Source: a virus (lineage: Duplodnaviria; Caudoviricetes). From it: a stretch of DNA of 64,000 nucleotides. The translations under genes and the position numbers were made by a program. The first letter of the stretch is position 1. The number at the start of each line of letters is the position of its first letter. The stretch is from positions 256,001-320,000 of the IMG/VR virus record IMGVR_UViG_3300037484_000435; one strand, given 5' to 3'. Of the stretch, positions 62,301-64,000 are shown piece by piece. The notes under the pieces were generated by a model. The model ran no database searches. It had not been told where the DNA came from and was given only the letters and a program-made list of their open reading frames with translations.

Positions 62301-64000
62301 ATCCAGACAGTTGTTCAGTAATCATATTTGACACATTTTCATCTACACCAGCAATGGATTTGTAAGCACTATAGGGAGATTTCATAAGGGTCCAAGGCAA
62401 GCGTAATCCGAAAGATGTTGCCCCATACCCCAATTGTGCGCCGCCTTTCGCAACACTTCCTAAGGCGTGTGTAAAACTTGGGGGAACTTCATTTCCCCTA
62501 GAAAATAACTTTTCTAACCCAGTGTCCTTCAAAATACTTTCAACAATATTCTGTGGTATACCGTCCTTACCCATCGTTCCTCTCGCCAGTGCACCTAAAT
62601 TCTGCCGTAATGCGAAAGCAAGACCCCTAACAGTTGATGGGTGCATACCAACATAATCAACTGGCCGATCAATAGATTTGGTTGGTTCAATCCTCATCCC
62701 GTAAGGGTCCTTATTCTCAAGAAGTGATTCTTTAGTATCAAACCTTCCCAAGGTTATGGGTTCTGGCATATTTATTGTGTAAGGGCCAACTTTAGCTTCC
62801 CCCTCTAAACTTAGTAATGCATTGCCGTGGGTTTTCTTTCTCAACAATCCCACCAAATGTGGGTCAATACCCTCTAGCATTCTCTGTGGGGCACCTAAAA
62901 ACCTCTTCTCTCTTACCCCAGGATGAGATAAGACTTCTAGTGCTTTACTTACTTCAGATGGATCAAACCCTAAAGCAGCGGAGACTAGCCCTGGGGTTCC
63001 AAGAGATACCTCAAATTTACGCGACTTGTCTTCTGCTTCCCACTCAAATGTTTTCTTCTTGAGAGATTTGGTCCCCTCGAACAAAGGCGAGTAGGCCTTC
63101 ATAGCCAAATCCTGCTGTAATCTTCCTTGCAAAGCCTGAATTTCTTGAGTGTTACTTTTCGACATCTTCATTTCTGGGTGTCCAGCAAGGATTTCTTGCA
63201 TGGCTTCCCAACGTGCGGCGGGGGATTTACTAAAAGGCTTCCCAACCTCCCCTGCCCTCTTCTGGGCCTGTTCAAACTGTCTTTGATAAACATCCTTAGA
63301 TGTACTAGACATTGCCTCAGAGATAAATTTATCTACAAGAGGACTCGATACAGCCCTAGTCTTCCACATTCCCTTGACAGATTCTGGGGCTTCATTAATA
63401 TCTAAGTGCGTTTTTTCATGTGCGTATGTTTGTTGGATTGACCTTCCAATACCTTCTTTTTCAGTTCCTTTAGCGGACATATAAGCCTTAATAATTTCTG
63501 GTGGCATGTATATCTTACCGCCCCCACCAAGACCCACAGCAAAACCTTGTTTTAAGTAATTAAGGTTACGGTCTTGTGACATACCACGCTGTCTAAAAGG
63601 TTCCGCTGATACCGTCAAGTTCCCACCCTTTAGGAGGTTAGCAACCGTGTCAGTTCCCTTGGCAGGAGCAAAAGACGGTAAACCTTCGAGAGAATTCTCC
63701 TCGGGCGTTCTAACAGACATTTGTTGAATTTTTGCAGCTGCTGCAGAAATACCCAAAGAAGCTGGAATACGCAACACCATTCTACTTACTTCCCCACTTT
63801 GGTCTGAAAACCATAAACCTAATTGAGAAATTTTATCTATAATAGCAGAGTAGTGTTTACCTAGATCTACACTAGGTACATTTTCAGATACGGCGTCATA
63901 TGTTCTGTATAAGCCCGACACGACATCATCATACATCTTACCAACACCACCATAGAAGTTACTCGCAAAATCCTCAACTTGTGGTCGTTTAGAGAGTATA
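32395..64000 (-). CDS. Giant phage tail tape measure protein (partial, >10,534 aa; N-terminus lies beyond the window)
   Basis: The track ORF is 10,513 aa from ATG 63936, but the 21 codons upstream to the window edge are also open (...ILSKRPQVEDFASNFYGGVGK-MYDD). Contains a TP901-type core, long coiled-coil and Gly-zipper segments and the TMP-like C-terminal motif GITQVFVTNWP, and is followed by hub/baseplate genes. Confidence 0.9.
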   Translation of the reverse strand, partial: ILSKRPQVEDFASNFYGGVGKMYDDVVSGLYRTYDAVSENVPSVDLGKHYSAIIDKISQLGLWFSDQSGEVSRMVLRIPASLGISAAAAKIQQMSVRTPEENSLEGLPSFAPAKGTDTVANLLKGGNLTVSAEPFRQRGMSQDRNLNYLKQGFAVGLGGGGKIYMPPEIIKAYMSAKGTEKEGIGRSIQQTYAHEKTHLDINEAPESVKGMWKTRAVSSPLVDKFISEAMSSTSKDVYQRQFEQAQKRAGEVGKPFSKSPAARWEAMQEILAGHPEMKMSKSNTQEIQALQGRLQQDLAMKAYSPLFEGTKSLKKKTFEWEAEDKSRKFEVSLGTPGLVSAALGFDPSEVSKALEVLSHPGVREKRFLGAPQRMLEGIDPHLVGLLRKKTHGNALLSLEGEAKVGPYTINMPEPITLGRFDTKESLLENKDPYGMRIEPTKSIDRPVDYVGMHPSTVRGLAFALRQNLGALARGTMGKDGIPQNIVESILKDTGLEKLFSRGNEVPPSFTHALGSVAKGGAQLGYGATSFGLRLPWTLMKSPYSAYKSIAGVDENVSNMITEQLSGLGAGLKEFPTYRGTTGLGLEAGRTRSRGLTEKNIRELIDLEFKKISRMMEYPDSFKESPFDTTKWMDTAQRLGPAESALDYEKTVQEAISQKGSPDAIKKAAANRMVYHMSTGQVPAPPPVSQKFLRSTADVTHGGVDLLAYGVPQAVSAAQSTAQGLGMGARALMARRYFTEEGLEKSFKILPSVYESAKQMLPGRDVTGTGLMEEFNRQVGEIYGPGNLLGSKNRGIGKFAVEHLGLGGMPYNESWGVPSGVMASSGVSGLSRRPGALLSGIRGLRGLVTQPIEAFGTGMSDVGQALRQSDFTDALKGVAGGAFKMIPALGHFAVGAYDVKEKVAQGVSPVRAIASEIPEQIVQAATIAMGAALGSRLTAPASTALRSMGGGGPKAATLVRVLGALAGSLGGGVVGGHIGEKIERKVFGIGGKQGPRGAEVDKWLSDKERADLADEGSMESLYPEYMDPEYVDKLKTNRTWMSRGGALLGGIAGFKAGVSPISKIGLGIGGLLAGQYFGKEVGTSLLRKERERARLDYYEGSSSYSPAQEAELEEPTLRGYTPVSARSPWRLPSEIKDVVPSSMQGKTLDQVLGSFQSLQNTVTVDTSDKSKVAKSQKATLAHISETYLNHLQGLRNELNTAAQAGNKNTVAHLSKEIDEYIIKYVATALRSSTAVHPLSDPFRTYRSGGFLGAGDRENVSLGRPEAFSDVISVGGFLSKGLEGVSKKAVEALQSLEPTGISPTSIYQEVMSGILKTSTNVPKDISGVHGYLRSTVHEAGRDPNTTVESLRYWKSLEEQFRGPAQQTKFSGRFDPMMQAAAPIIPMGLSVPQQVSGNKQLLEYYKQKVATSPDMKEGQAMSLNLEVKDEAGAVLEKIRADLTKTSLAANGVKVNFTDMNKQVAESQTFFGAVETITKWGGAAAIVGTVATEFKKMVSTMADVETAIMNIAKVTDPQVTNLNKIRDAAFGMATGMGVNVKDVLDAMVVFGQQGLKQAEIIDRTRVAVMAATVTDMKSAEVTEYLTAATKQYGEQMGAAQKYLDAWINVDVKHAITAKELASGMLRAGSAARTAGVDFHELNGIITAIAVVTRQTGEEVGTALRFMFKNLQTSAVRNKLKDELKMDTLLPSGELKPGMRFLEELNVKWQTMSDAQRQNYASVIAGARHYNAFITLMDNFKEAQDSVSDSMNSQGATEARLELQLDTLNTKYQQLRASMQEMYTDFGKLAIEPMKVLTDATRGLVGAFTLVPDRIKQIILGLGTFATFSSQIEKVMSGLQNFGLSSGATGAVSGITQFAVSPIRSTLGAVESVKDIGGLGDASTTLGKMAYLTLATGRTFNSMFSSMSSSAGNLGLVLAGVTAALGLMGDSGDKLLPLAAAIGSISLASKVMGAVMGTAAGAGTGVIRSLLPLGLAAGFAYSSREKIQDVAGGPESTLRRYQTRMNAPGQIRQQFTEMSDLEKKWTDAETKRQVLLETEKQLTTPAAGPNLPSGAEKERDRLVYSEGMSKNYKSVVTKIAEFKKAEDEATRASVQMVPTLAKGYDVFGNAILDTTVKARNLLDVFQSQLNVLQNMEKIDLAKLRAGTIFPTGTGANQVRGSLQSALETIPVVGKQWSEALLPKTPYEKQQALLSQMGELKAAQEKAQMLGATPLRTINTQRFVPYLGVTGKFGYEGGAQTGMIPPFLSGRMKDISKKLDDANAELDAAMMKVEQDILGVGKGTTAGDFMKLTSDKGLDKFFEVKAGRNLDTMRQVAEQLTGGNLEKLQETITTKPAQSYGDMFGRENRYDALTGRNYQVSKQYVSLSNLPERLGVPQGKELYGMLDQYQPQADQFTGAINAAINSGGRVISEWYAKTITGAAALISSAESGGALISKMFSETRTANIQKVLKDLALTISEGLMSFFGDLKNNVLDSLRMSLGNENIQNLIKVMTGIGEGVKDYANQAYRLIQSGLTTVGLPATFITDIGSFIRDAIFGNLKDAFGRVGKEDLGVIGGFYNELTGGLLGNLVSATKGMGNIIAEGLSSAFRGISNIIVSSIGAVSPDIANKVQGAFSFLSSIGTSDIKTVITGSFTTLSNTVKGVMGWVKDEAKRIEAATPKTGGEEESAVAKRFLARQERWNLMLQQQGLAKEVITEGVTRGAMQEPKALVATSAGEGKYYVAVGAVGEGANEQILNTKEPQDWTTMTKIAYQEVESARAKGIKPGDTMGWTQLTQEAYKTGALSPEKAMPLIMPEPGELPYAQGRAPGGLEERRIGWENLQGKIETWSRKQAGMFDIGKEYEKTKQYAGGGAAMFMPKFQGHEALKLGEKFLFEVEGSRKAQDAMWEVAEAIRDMDVQWKLYTSDTASADKSASKIKEMQDLLVKKRKLEFLIQVREEWENTFNTIAKAKIDEQVTIAQDRAEVAARRVKVGFESEDRLPVKMPTKPKAWAELSEEQKLGIINPEYARVTQRQSETEMRGQRYIQTEKLLAGTDTRTRLMAEDLKEQLGGRLGESLGKENVDRILRSIGTAPEGKKEDAALVGLQTSQLHLIEKVISELQDLNRSAATANKSDKQLLSDYDKYTADYKKTLASANEKNLSEPERFQRLKLAEQYRQLASTSGQRLVEGQPNSNLLKQKVPSEAISNALPGFVEYAQTKITNFDKKWEPIVGKQFTQKKGLSGWMGAFEDLFTSPQERDQQFLEKAQQYYTSKLGPKTKAGDIGVKTPAVDIESEAWSNLSQNWKPVSMDLEAVGPAADVVSKAIDKLWSTWTDLIGLGKMTIGLDLGGWFRDLGKDAEGLSDSVETKVSGAISKTGKGISDYIVGAMDYVTKSPDFSSYESTYKDKGSHLGDRFLRAIGVREDRGFDWQKPSPLWRVAEEDAGYVKPYQDPLREAMVENYYDFDKRERGLRTVAERAKKTKRFTPAGFMPESGLREDLLGEQDRENFLQMMGQPKEPDSFPAWAARGTVGSLYDLTSFLPDIGRTLVGGPTSERDKLKSTASWGTHLRQFMGLAGEQPISWGDWAKQTVGMPVPNFERETATIAANRRLGTPMEEQQRRWGNIPRPPAVSRPEPEFPMAERVWKDFDLGGLWMEGINSLTNNLPSRISKRISDLHIGRRINNALGNVFGEDRLSKLIGIEEISMKDRFDPMFLAKRDLVQWKKEKAERDKLQREATRARAIMEGGMPEPSRYLRPLQAGVGAYLGSQVAEKFFGGNILKATEAGNSLLKSLSQSADWDRRIMLNHSDWLRQIADNTAVMRAAAPAGGVIGSGSDDQLAPRSRLLRASIEQSQSMSFMGAAVTAAAAYMAFKLITRAYPGAFQGVGGLVKGLPESFLATHPVPTQTNLGDPRILENLITDAKRYGERQPRFADWSTQPNFQGDIWKRAMRDPRQFETSAGQQLLPATTPAQSSRWYQRLVNGEPEGTAGPTLGRSGLRRFAVGAALGGLMPTVISSLMFSGFLGAGTRGGSALGGLVGPRTGVAGHVLGGSMLGGAGLLSIAALGPVGMAAIGGLAGVMTLLPHVSNLKKDMQMTYDFVRAITGALGKGEALGGITSFVRERMIPITGTTAKLTALRPTAWAAEGLSSLAGRAGASIGGLPGMSSTAGVVIERSLLGLSGALGAVGRTMRGWIDGINRLQAWAADTTVTDRINNLGVSTALRLSQWPLKLADSLRLIELSLTQGLGKQSFIGVFDNVINFLRTNVRARVESAIGVSATQSISRVASPFVSAARNILQPTPVVDQITGARAWQPGIIGRAFAGRRLEGLYDRASERWARAGAPQYVRAGERMPWALSERGGTRGFMLGAGLSALELGTGLPGTLIGGALGSVGYRAALGTGFRPGLMAAGAAGTLGALGPTGFGELMHIAPEAGAALGAYGGIRAGAFGQWAKPAQGRYGVDPFYSQRLMEEIASGVGTDRQTSNIFRARNRFMAGGAIGTLTGLGGIKGSILGLTAGHPVLSTLAAGGMATLAGASLPLAAGVAAAGGIYGAVTRRMTGRGIQERMMQTAEQVHLAQLGMGNQSLTPSTASGEQAVFGGIGAVATPKYKQVWNFMSGLLGGKGTPVGAELEEQFMRQQFMRQRGTLPGMGGLDIVQSRAQQFWMDNLMSQYYAGRSRGQTGLPTISAGPNALNHSEFFTRMVGMPNVQNAGSAIDNLRGPNTSRFGMTPQDVQHRLPIIESFGILQNTRTQYQDTFRNIMDTDAKLAEPRQHLMESVELKERRLRRNDKYIASTKKLLDSTNQALESATDNDIMRKLGESRAKFEARLDDLKRARAGIESLFSSQAGQFEAEIRRLEEIRDKHIGKFGVLEKRLAQIRELLSGGVPRQRGGSRVTVGDITVPEADIEREIQQREAYLKRTSAAKTDRSGQSLATELQYEIDRRVQGGMSPQHEEIRRLQTLQTNLSNPANQQGRAETGRERNARIATEKQGIDVLQNQLSRRGELGFVLNEARQNMQQQGYTLNQGDVPLPANVQEGLYRRISQDQAEASMKRRTGPAGTPAATVPLQELHDALIRTEQIDRGFFAPRNRIMARTMPEINGTQLRPVSNRVEAELRRRLRERAIDAEMMPGTQQDRAGRLVAEAIVNERGVDISSEAMTGEMNRLYRQTRRGPAPGVRRMGIENMLREAHGLGNTTPLPEEANREYENIIRGLDERSRATRVVDSTRVDMRTPEVLESARRVRSARNNAGALQRLAADIFPARDVLSPQDLQSYLGDDVRPGVATHRTRGQIIENLYRRGIASGIQSPALPRDPMGAYTIMAGVAKEHLAVRGGALTQGLRTPAEGSLVSPLKQLGIEQEWHRLHELEANIREMDRNNVGRGDPLYTRHVQERNRVNTIVETALKPQEMFRTSEDVAVRRTELQAELKRVNAEMRRVSEVLKEFTQQGAENVSRLSQVKMDPEMRRYYRNKPVAEVYTDLQTRAQTLGTHEKLITDVEAGKANYFETVSGQTRLYSTIERLNEMLNQMKTGAGKDVNTTYTELSRAIETLPPELQRNYSIYAERLREYVSHGSDRFVQPLQNLTEMIRTERPINAGEITQRLHATLTQTEGAPGTVQQPLTRDVLQARINDFLKAEMIDPMSQAGKEIQRFSASLAEGNRDIRTNIRGMSLAFQELERTGMPRPSGLSPSKGAGMTGMMLTMMGTEYAASKLEETFKLSHAQAYGGIAGVAGLGSILMNVGGGKPALGNVGAMPRAFGQGVMSVIRPDVMVAQEIGGAAGKGMTWKSNLFGEGGTLKTIMGGAKAETAALERAIADFNKGLPVAEEFGHLGKTATGKILTAFPSVAKSLPALRGVGHALPAVGVVAETISGVTEAKEKYGVGGLTSIVPELVGALGLQGILMGIFSAVGSVFAGPLGTVAGAAASALAYDLVKPLGTKIKDFIYENIMGIELVGKANPVVDMSAFSPAARKQSEFARANKDLEDLRKQSTVSVPSQLTSALVPLLGAGGMMVGMKSFNEKMDSEMLEDRMRSQTGYMSELIGGDKGTFDELSKTEFGKYLKSTDKSGYRELDRDYKRIAMLKRQAQEEGGIDKVINIAAGLGKGAKDTLGFDPLLGFSPLKAMGVGPTPTQELEKAIEALRDKMKAQALKISDNPEKIKQELEEMELRRQSLKNDNAEVLALTAAFAKARAASEELAQTFKTSKENMGFGRGFGGPDIQQRMRDVTEATPMDRFKQEQPAVYQAWTRFESEEKAYQSQMQEISQKSVGERTKLQQQLGFITLENNPKLQKEVTKNEGGKYSDFINFQNQAKRIVSATPAEAVGMRETFLALGGKITRAQDDKLKNMEETIPFLDNLEDLKGKTKSKKVSAAGTEIEEQLTAVAKRRQQLLEDRKAGKISEKELGPQIDRLSSIEQALNALRDKAQAEVPLRAARTAGYEIARGISEIDAGVKQYDALNKKLEELRDNYAGIITAGEAMMRLFKEMQAVERARLEIKRAELGWNRNEVTGVAGAELQKATYSWGPMSSNYGKVAPLTQNLLPKPIAEMTAEELVALNPDNKRDIEKINQKRAMVEEAQKADVQARAAMDSAAIAREAVANEQSRVNKLPKEAELTTSQREKLKTTIETSIPAAEQALKSAVPEREKAAKELEKVKAKYKDRNLGEEWSKLSGEYSEKYKGNFGTPEAVSFKKKVDEAKQRFDELNSAESNYSAASSNESKWNTELDQLKQTKRDLEAGRSINLQGIKNNLERTAEMLKDLEEKLAKEDLPTKTKEELDKLIRELKAEESKVVKLLAEGFVKQLNNMLVGMRAKFEVALPHEFNISALKQAPGSIMAGIAMPTQIQEGPRTQFDLNPQEYFAKFGGPEAKQAQEAQMRRNQVISEIDATKSELQKMASLYAQEKQPGGDKNRADQYEKGMKAAEAKIEALTQEVSTLDETLKKASQKLWEIKIVMETKKMIVDITTAVGTLGQKISDSRNASLFTQSGYMGETQRPQWYSYEMSPSQLMAKHAPKMYETGMQAQELERQWKEQLGRSAGEVQATQAKRTMAAASGDQESVAELDRQLAFLQQKHEGLTEAYKGQMKALEGLAQQFAVTLAKMEALQESMQLLKQTMGDLARISGDMLSRELKSPVAGAAKGVAEYQWQETKAEHELTPREVVTKYAPNLAAEAHMGTATVNTLAEKAGAFQQKEVEARLMGGITTGKEQEKYLAQAEIFGKASTVFKGSAEEARKALEPLIEKINMLGKVAQVAQKFEQLAVQLEVMARTRWGLDTVRMDTEMGKHPSSVQRARMETIGGKNVIMPGMGADYRTQSSDYEEFDREYPEKVPVAFRQGSKEAQELAALDAKNRSGEIKPGEYRAQKERITWTAKEEQINYLQKREDQKFERQKGVAQEAEKTIEETEVMYGGQFPDLVKTFAPMKSKLKEDMEKAADIVDNRGGVATRRGFESLSEFKQMSNILKQAIKVEDSAQTARFTWVPIVDAIRNLQEALTGSTKDLTEDQKAAFKQVMDPTGYAKDMLAQLQAGVLGQTTYGATSSTSTTTTNNFTTEEVRKKQEEAQLKSINERKDWTDINVGRNVSVTDTTSDTVYQKYVEKWKEQSLQQGLASTARGGAGVDPWILKNVYGSETTPGILGGSMFGQLKPMAGAEEAEWLSGIRKRAEGNPVAEMSALNEAENMKMASEHGVRSSQGREMWRVVNYQPAMDLKQEQIYLKGLGPEGGEMRDLMSKADDAGIKSAQGREMVRVMDLAMKESLDKSKLLNKISETLLTIQKCLCGDKGTGTSKDERGGGSSAVPSTPPEVSRGTAQSAIESTGSYQAGQVYAATSTVVGPPVKPARNIISETPVTATIPTGSPNIIPFVLPAPTTAPSGQPTKITEPPLADLGQQAMNIANTIKPSLNREAWEYLAPKGFKADRVYNTEGGLLSFTDDPDIGKVPTATGYLTTRGISAQKGTYGGVGSAAMVSTGSRKGSRFDLENGQMRESGYDVPTWLSVAHEAGLHPVAKVLRNAQVDKKPLGETTEDIYKRLHFAPNSRILKEVQAYTSLPEFGPGGSYSNKDKKQEYQDKIEEMIIRYIQSKVAFGEKITDPGMQNMVRGGAAILDRILKSPQLIEKDRRLIQTAKERMIQSVGEETLQVPTLTTAQPQQRTGAVQAAFESVLEGQPKVLKDEEDQKGFTPPALNQARYAYPYMLLNRKRESAPVINKDNFSESASLLGSLKGMFGGVETPVQRRPAPDWYHKEISSKGREGGYDVLDLFTPQHEKAASLSYKLGERGGVFRGFTVSPTLSPEQKMTAGMRLFKQFRETVGDEGLNKITRVGTDIKPQTVGMMESMADRMESYAPNFAEAIRKSTEQTRARYPELVAPRKEDRAKLRAERRAQREMKQSFPEQVVTPTMLRLRDMEREVRDVGGRGFSESASWDGAVGGQTPHEILGIERNASPEEIKKAYRRQVKQTHPDKLVAQGVLPDEAVKRFQAVNQAYEDISQGVETDEEKEWKRKHKKAWGKEHEDVFIKWRRDKGLDKGRTQKEQAASERAKSPERVEWNQRYFEAKGAGEAYKTGGVDIAIKAMYDEFAGVAPKEPTTPDTVKEDLARKQAEESARMQEEQNRKQAEEAVKRQQQEEIARQERQARANERVSQGGAIDKAGQAEELANYQRLAEEKARAMTSKVESKGPQEGTLSDVERAKQEYRDKRAQLVNERNEARDKAKIAQAAGENVFPGKVAGKYQVKIDALDAEFRGRGGTAYHHVNVENVLAEAEAELAHYEKQGERKLGVKPIQKVQMGSVHKAVRESLEAGIPIEAKHQRSTVMQHAVTDIYQSPHAYGLDNLADLWEKQAKEPLLNEVKTRDVGGAEQALIETEQAPKESRMEAGLRKQSEAMRGSVGEGVESLPGGKGLSPEMSSRDWWIRSQQEAASGTAPQPEKATNKLPDFSEFSGEPADKSMPEAKPQAEKVAEVKARSWRESFNEKGNKVLDFASKHRRAVIGGVLGLGAASGLGLVPAVLGGLAGTAAGEGWDYVKQLRRQEPSQEKLQKEIDRENKRLEKDRELEKEYKDKVDDAKRTMDENKDYKEVKPGIWDRTARRGQRRYEKAEINQVNYEQKRRKAEESIKQREEQIDNLSRQKESASPQKTWREQWEQAKDFVKRPLGGTYDTYDTGKEGDTRWEYVKDLARGAKDYATRDLRTAGEKARGGLDFGEYYNYNTGQRPDTQKGSWWQNIKQGHKELRGEEAIRRGVSQLSEGQLEDMMKRTGQIKETKEFDRGKSVDYLTSRLSEMQQRGTEGGARITQSGKEIGIEHRGGSEYRIGEMGEQIYDALFMEENAAAKRRGRSGSESVREYRKDVGLHEAVEQAVYNRPAEERPELIKNLYEQSKEAFAEKPELWRAAEEAVVAPEGVEKTGYQKDWEKEQVELADKYRDQGLEGNKEYDVAREALAQKQSEQMKLETVSHLTETDVGRDIVLGTKAAKPLREEFITGQTATLGNERLGSRMAGARIFTKAGMAFGGKLEGLEKLAGGGSLAQVAEFVGAKGTAEKLSKNRFGNMSVMGPLMLASLGLHGYEQGSKVEGMEGPNYFSGIAGGAANATIMPKTFGLGQTMVSETLPGLNNLKGLSALKVPLRFGGGVLASEIAMNFANEGVKGLALDPTLQMASKYWGEVGGQVKEGLGLGKEGKLGGAVEAIAPYVEPLGVVPNTMLKGAETIMGALGGTLEMGENVVSKFLPEYALGGAKGLISPTIWGGIGKAEEFITGGKRGHTYSGARSQMDEIIKAGFVEKHGQEAYDMATKSSGGQIGWTGIKGLFGKGGKEFDEKQEAARKQLTEYQQVSEKEIITGGMPAYMKSTFTGARTGTGRDWESRLTGLTPEQEDTLRTGNVPEGWTGADMGNLFNKRESQIKPEHMELWEEQAYMKQGANTPEEQLALKVRLKGPAIMPGTMGTSVQAANMRLAGIQVPNEKPSILRTPGEEQARVDAATQPNILPMPKNFGDLTRAFPNQGDFMNAGLSGGMVMPQGGLFPAEGPATGTGGLADQGKPATGGAWTRDQMLAYRTQRHIAAGVQLEPEAWSYYEKQKQKIRDAGGEVPNYYADQEKGIVDPRYYKAASDSIPDKVGVGPVYGGPKTGQAGGISAAKAAEGITQVFVTNWPEMLGGRGTHIVDAQMMGRVNRAGSIDEVGANAGDAAAMRTRASLNEERDRMLSTGINPDTAQSNKGYDYRGFQPSTASTQSQVVVSTDPSKYSSPYRAGDGVTSAMTPLRMEPSQAWVNPTTPTKEGVFNTDKMGASLGPLEEKLGAIQKALETKTVEEGILKAVQDVKTALENSKQEEKAKEVTPPVNPTVPETKPAGTEVPAVPPATSPYATPSEGNFRQLENQSTEKGSTLETAINSLVEALNAAGGNIGSAVAEKLQGIKVELAPGAQVTAVLAEGSVGAIANQVKESGFLTQEEFKNTVTEKVKEALDAVKGAAGVAASAENAASPELTKQLQSIVDRAQETLAKLEDQAKLQEKDTSGLKTSVDTAVQKATDAERIAKDALEAANQAKSSAGQQQVPSAVPRTPNSEFGD
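38611..38790 (-). other. DnaJ J-domain embedded in the tape measure protein (aa ~8383-8442)
   Basis: TPHEILGIERNASPEEIKKAYRRQVKQTHPDKLVAQGVLPDEAVKRFQAVNQAYEDI reproduces the J-domain consensus, with HPD at 38698-38706. Confidence 0.92.
39840..40260 (-). other. Putative zincin-like (MPTase-type) metallopeptidase motif 2 in the TMP (HExxxH)
   Basis: WLSVAHEAGLHPV at 40069-40086, followed ~70 aa later by IEEMIIRY. Confidence 0.55.
58590..59523 (-). other. TP901-family tape measure core domain (aa ~1472-1780 of the track ORF)
   Basis: MADVETAIMNIAKVTD...AMVVFGQQGL...TRVAVMAATVTDM...YLDAWINVDVKHAITAKELASGMLRAGSAARTAGVDFHELNGIITAIAVVTRQTGEEVGTALRFMF. Confidence 0.85.
63180..63480 (-). other. Putative zincin-like metallopeptidase motif 1 in the TMP (HExxH)
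   Basis: TYAHEKTH at 63406-63420, with a downstream WEAMQEILA (63181-63210) as candidate third zinc ligand. Confidence 0.55.

Noticed and set aside
32395-63936. Many plus-strand ORFs of 60-297 aa antisense to the TMP (e.g. 51302..52195, 45965..46591, 34820..35356)
   Set aside because: They lie entirely opposite a long gene, are Pro/Ser/Ala-rich as expected from reverse-complemented Gly/Ala/Glu codons, and show no recognisable motifs; I treat them as shadow ORFs.
32395-64000. Cell-wall hydrolase domain (SLT, M23, NlpC/P60) in the TMP
   Set aside because: Such domains are common in TMPs, but I recognised no such motif in the visible part; one could lie upstream or be too divergent to see.
1-64000. 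Stop-codon reassignment
   Set aside because: Very long ORFs are intact under the standard code, and TAA and TAG both end genes at tight junctions, so recoding is not needed to explain the data.
1-64000. Extracellular contractile injection system or bacterial secretion locus instead of a phage
   Set aside because: A TP901-type TMP of this size plus multiple homing endonucleases fits a large phage better. No sheath, AAA ATPase or host-type flanking genes are visible, although capsid genes are also outside the window.

Overview
The window is one uninterrupted minus-strand block of virion morphogenesis (tail and baseplate) genes from a very large tailed phage or prophage-like element; the host is not identifiable. 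In transcription order (right to left) it holds: (1) a giant tape measure protein (TMP) whose frame is still open at the right edge (>10,534 aa), with a TP901-type core, two zincin-like HExxH/HExxxH motifs, a possible GNAT fold and an intact DnaJ J-domain (HPD); (2) Cys-rich hub/baseplate-like genes; (3) four paralogous free-standing LAGLIDADG endonuclease genes in strict alternation with four small structural genes; (4) a tandem pair of ~75-aa paralogs and several small ORFs; (5) three consecutive adhesin/tail-appendage-like proteins (5,054 aa, ~851 aa, and a >=1,109-aa ORF missing from the supplied track because it runs off the left edge) that share a ~680-aa C-terminal scaffold. I saw no rRNA, tRNA, CRISPR array, integrase or transposase. 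All domain calls are by-eye motif recognition, not database searches.
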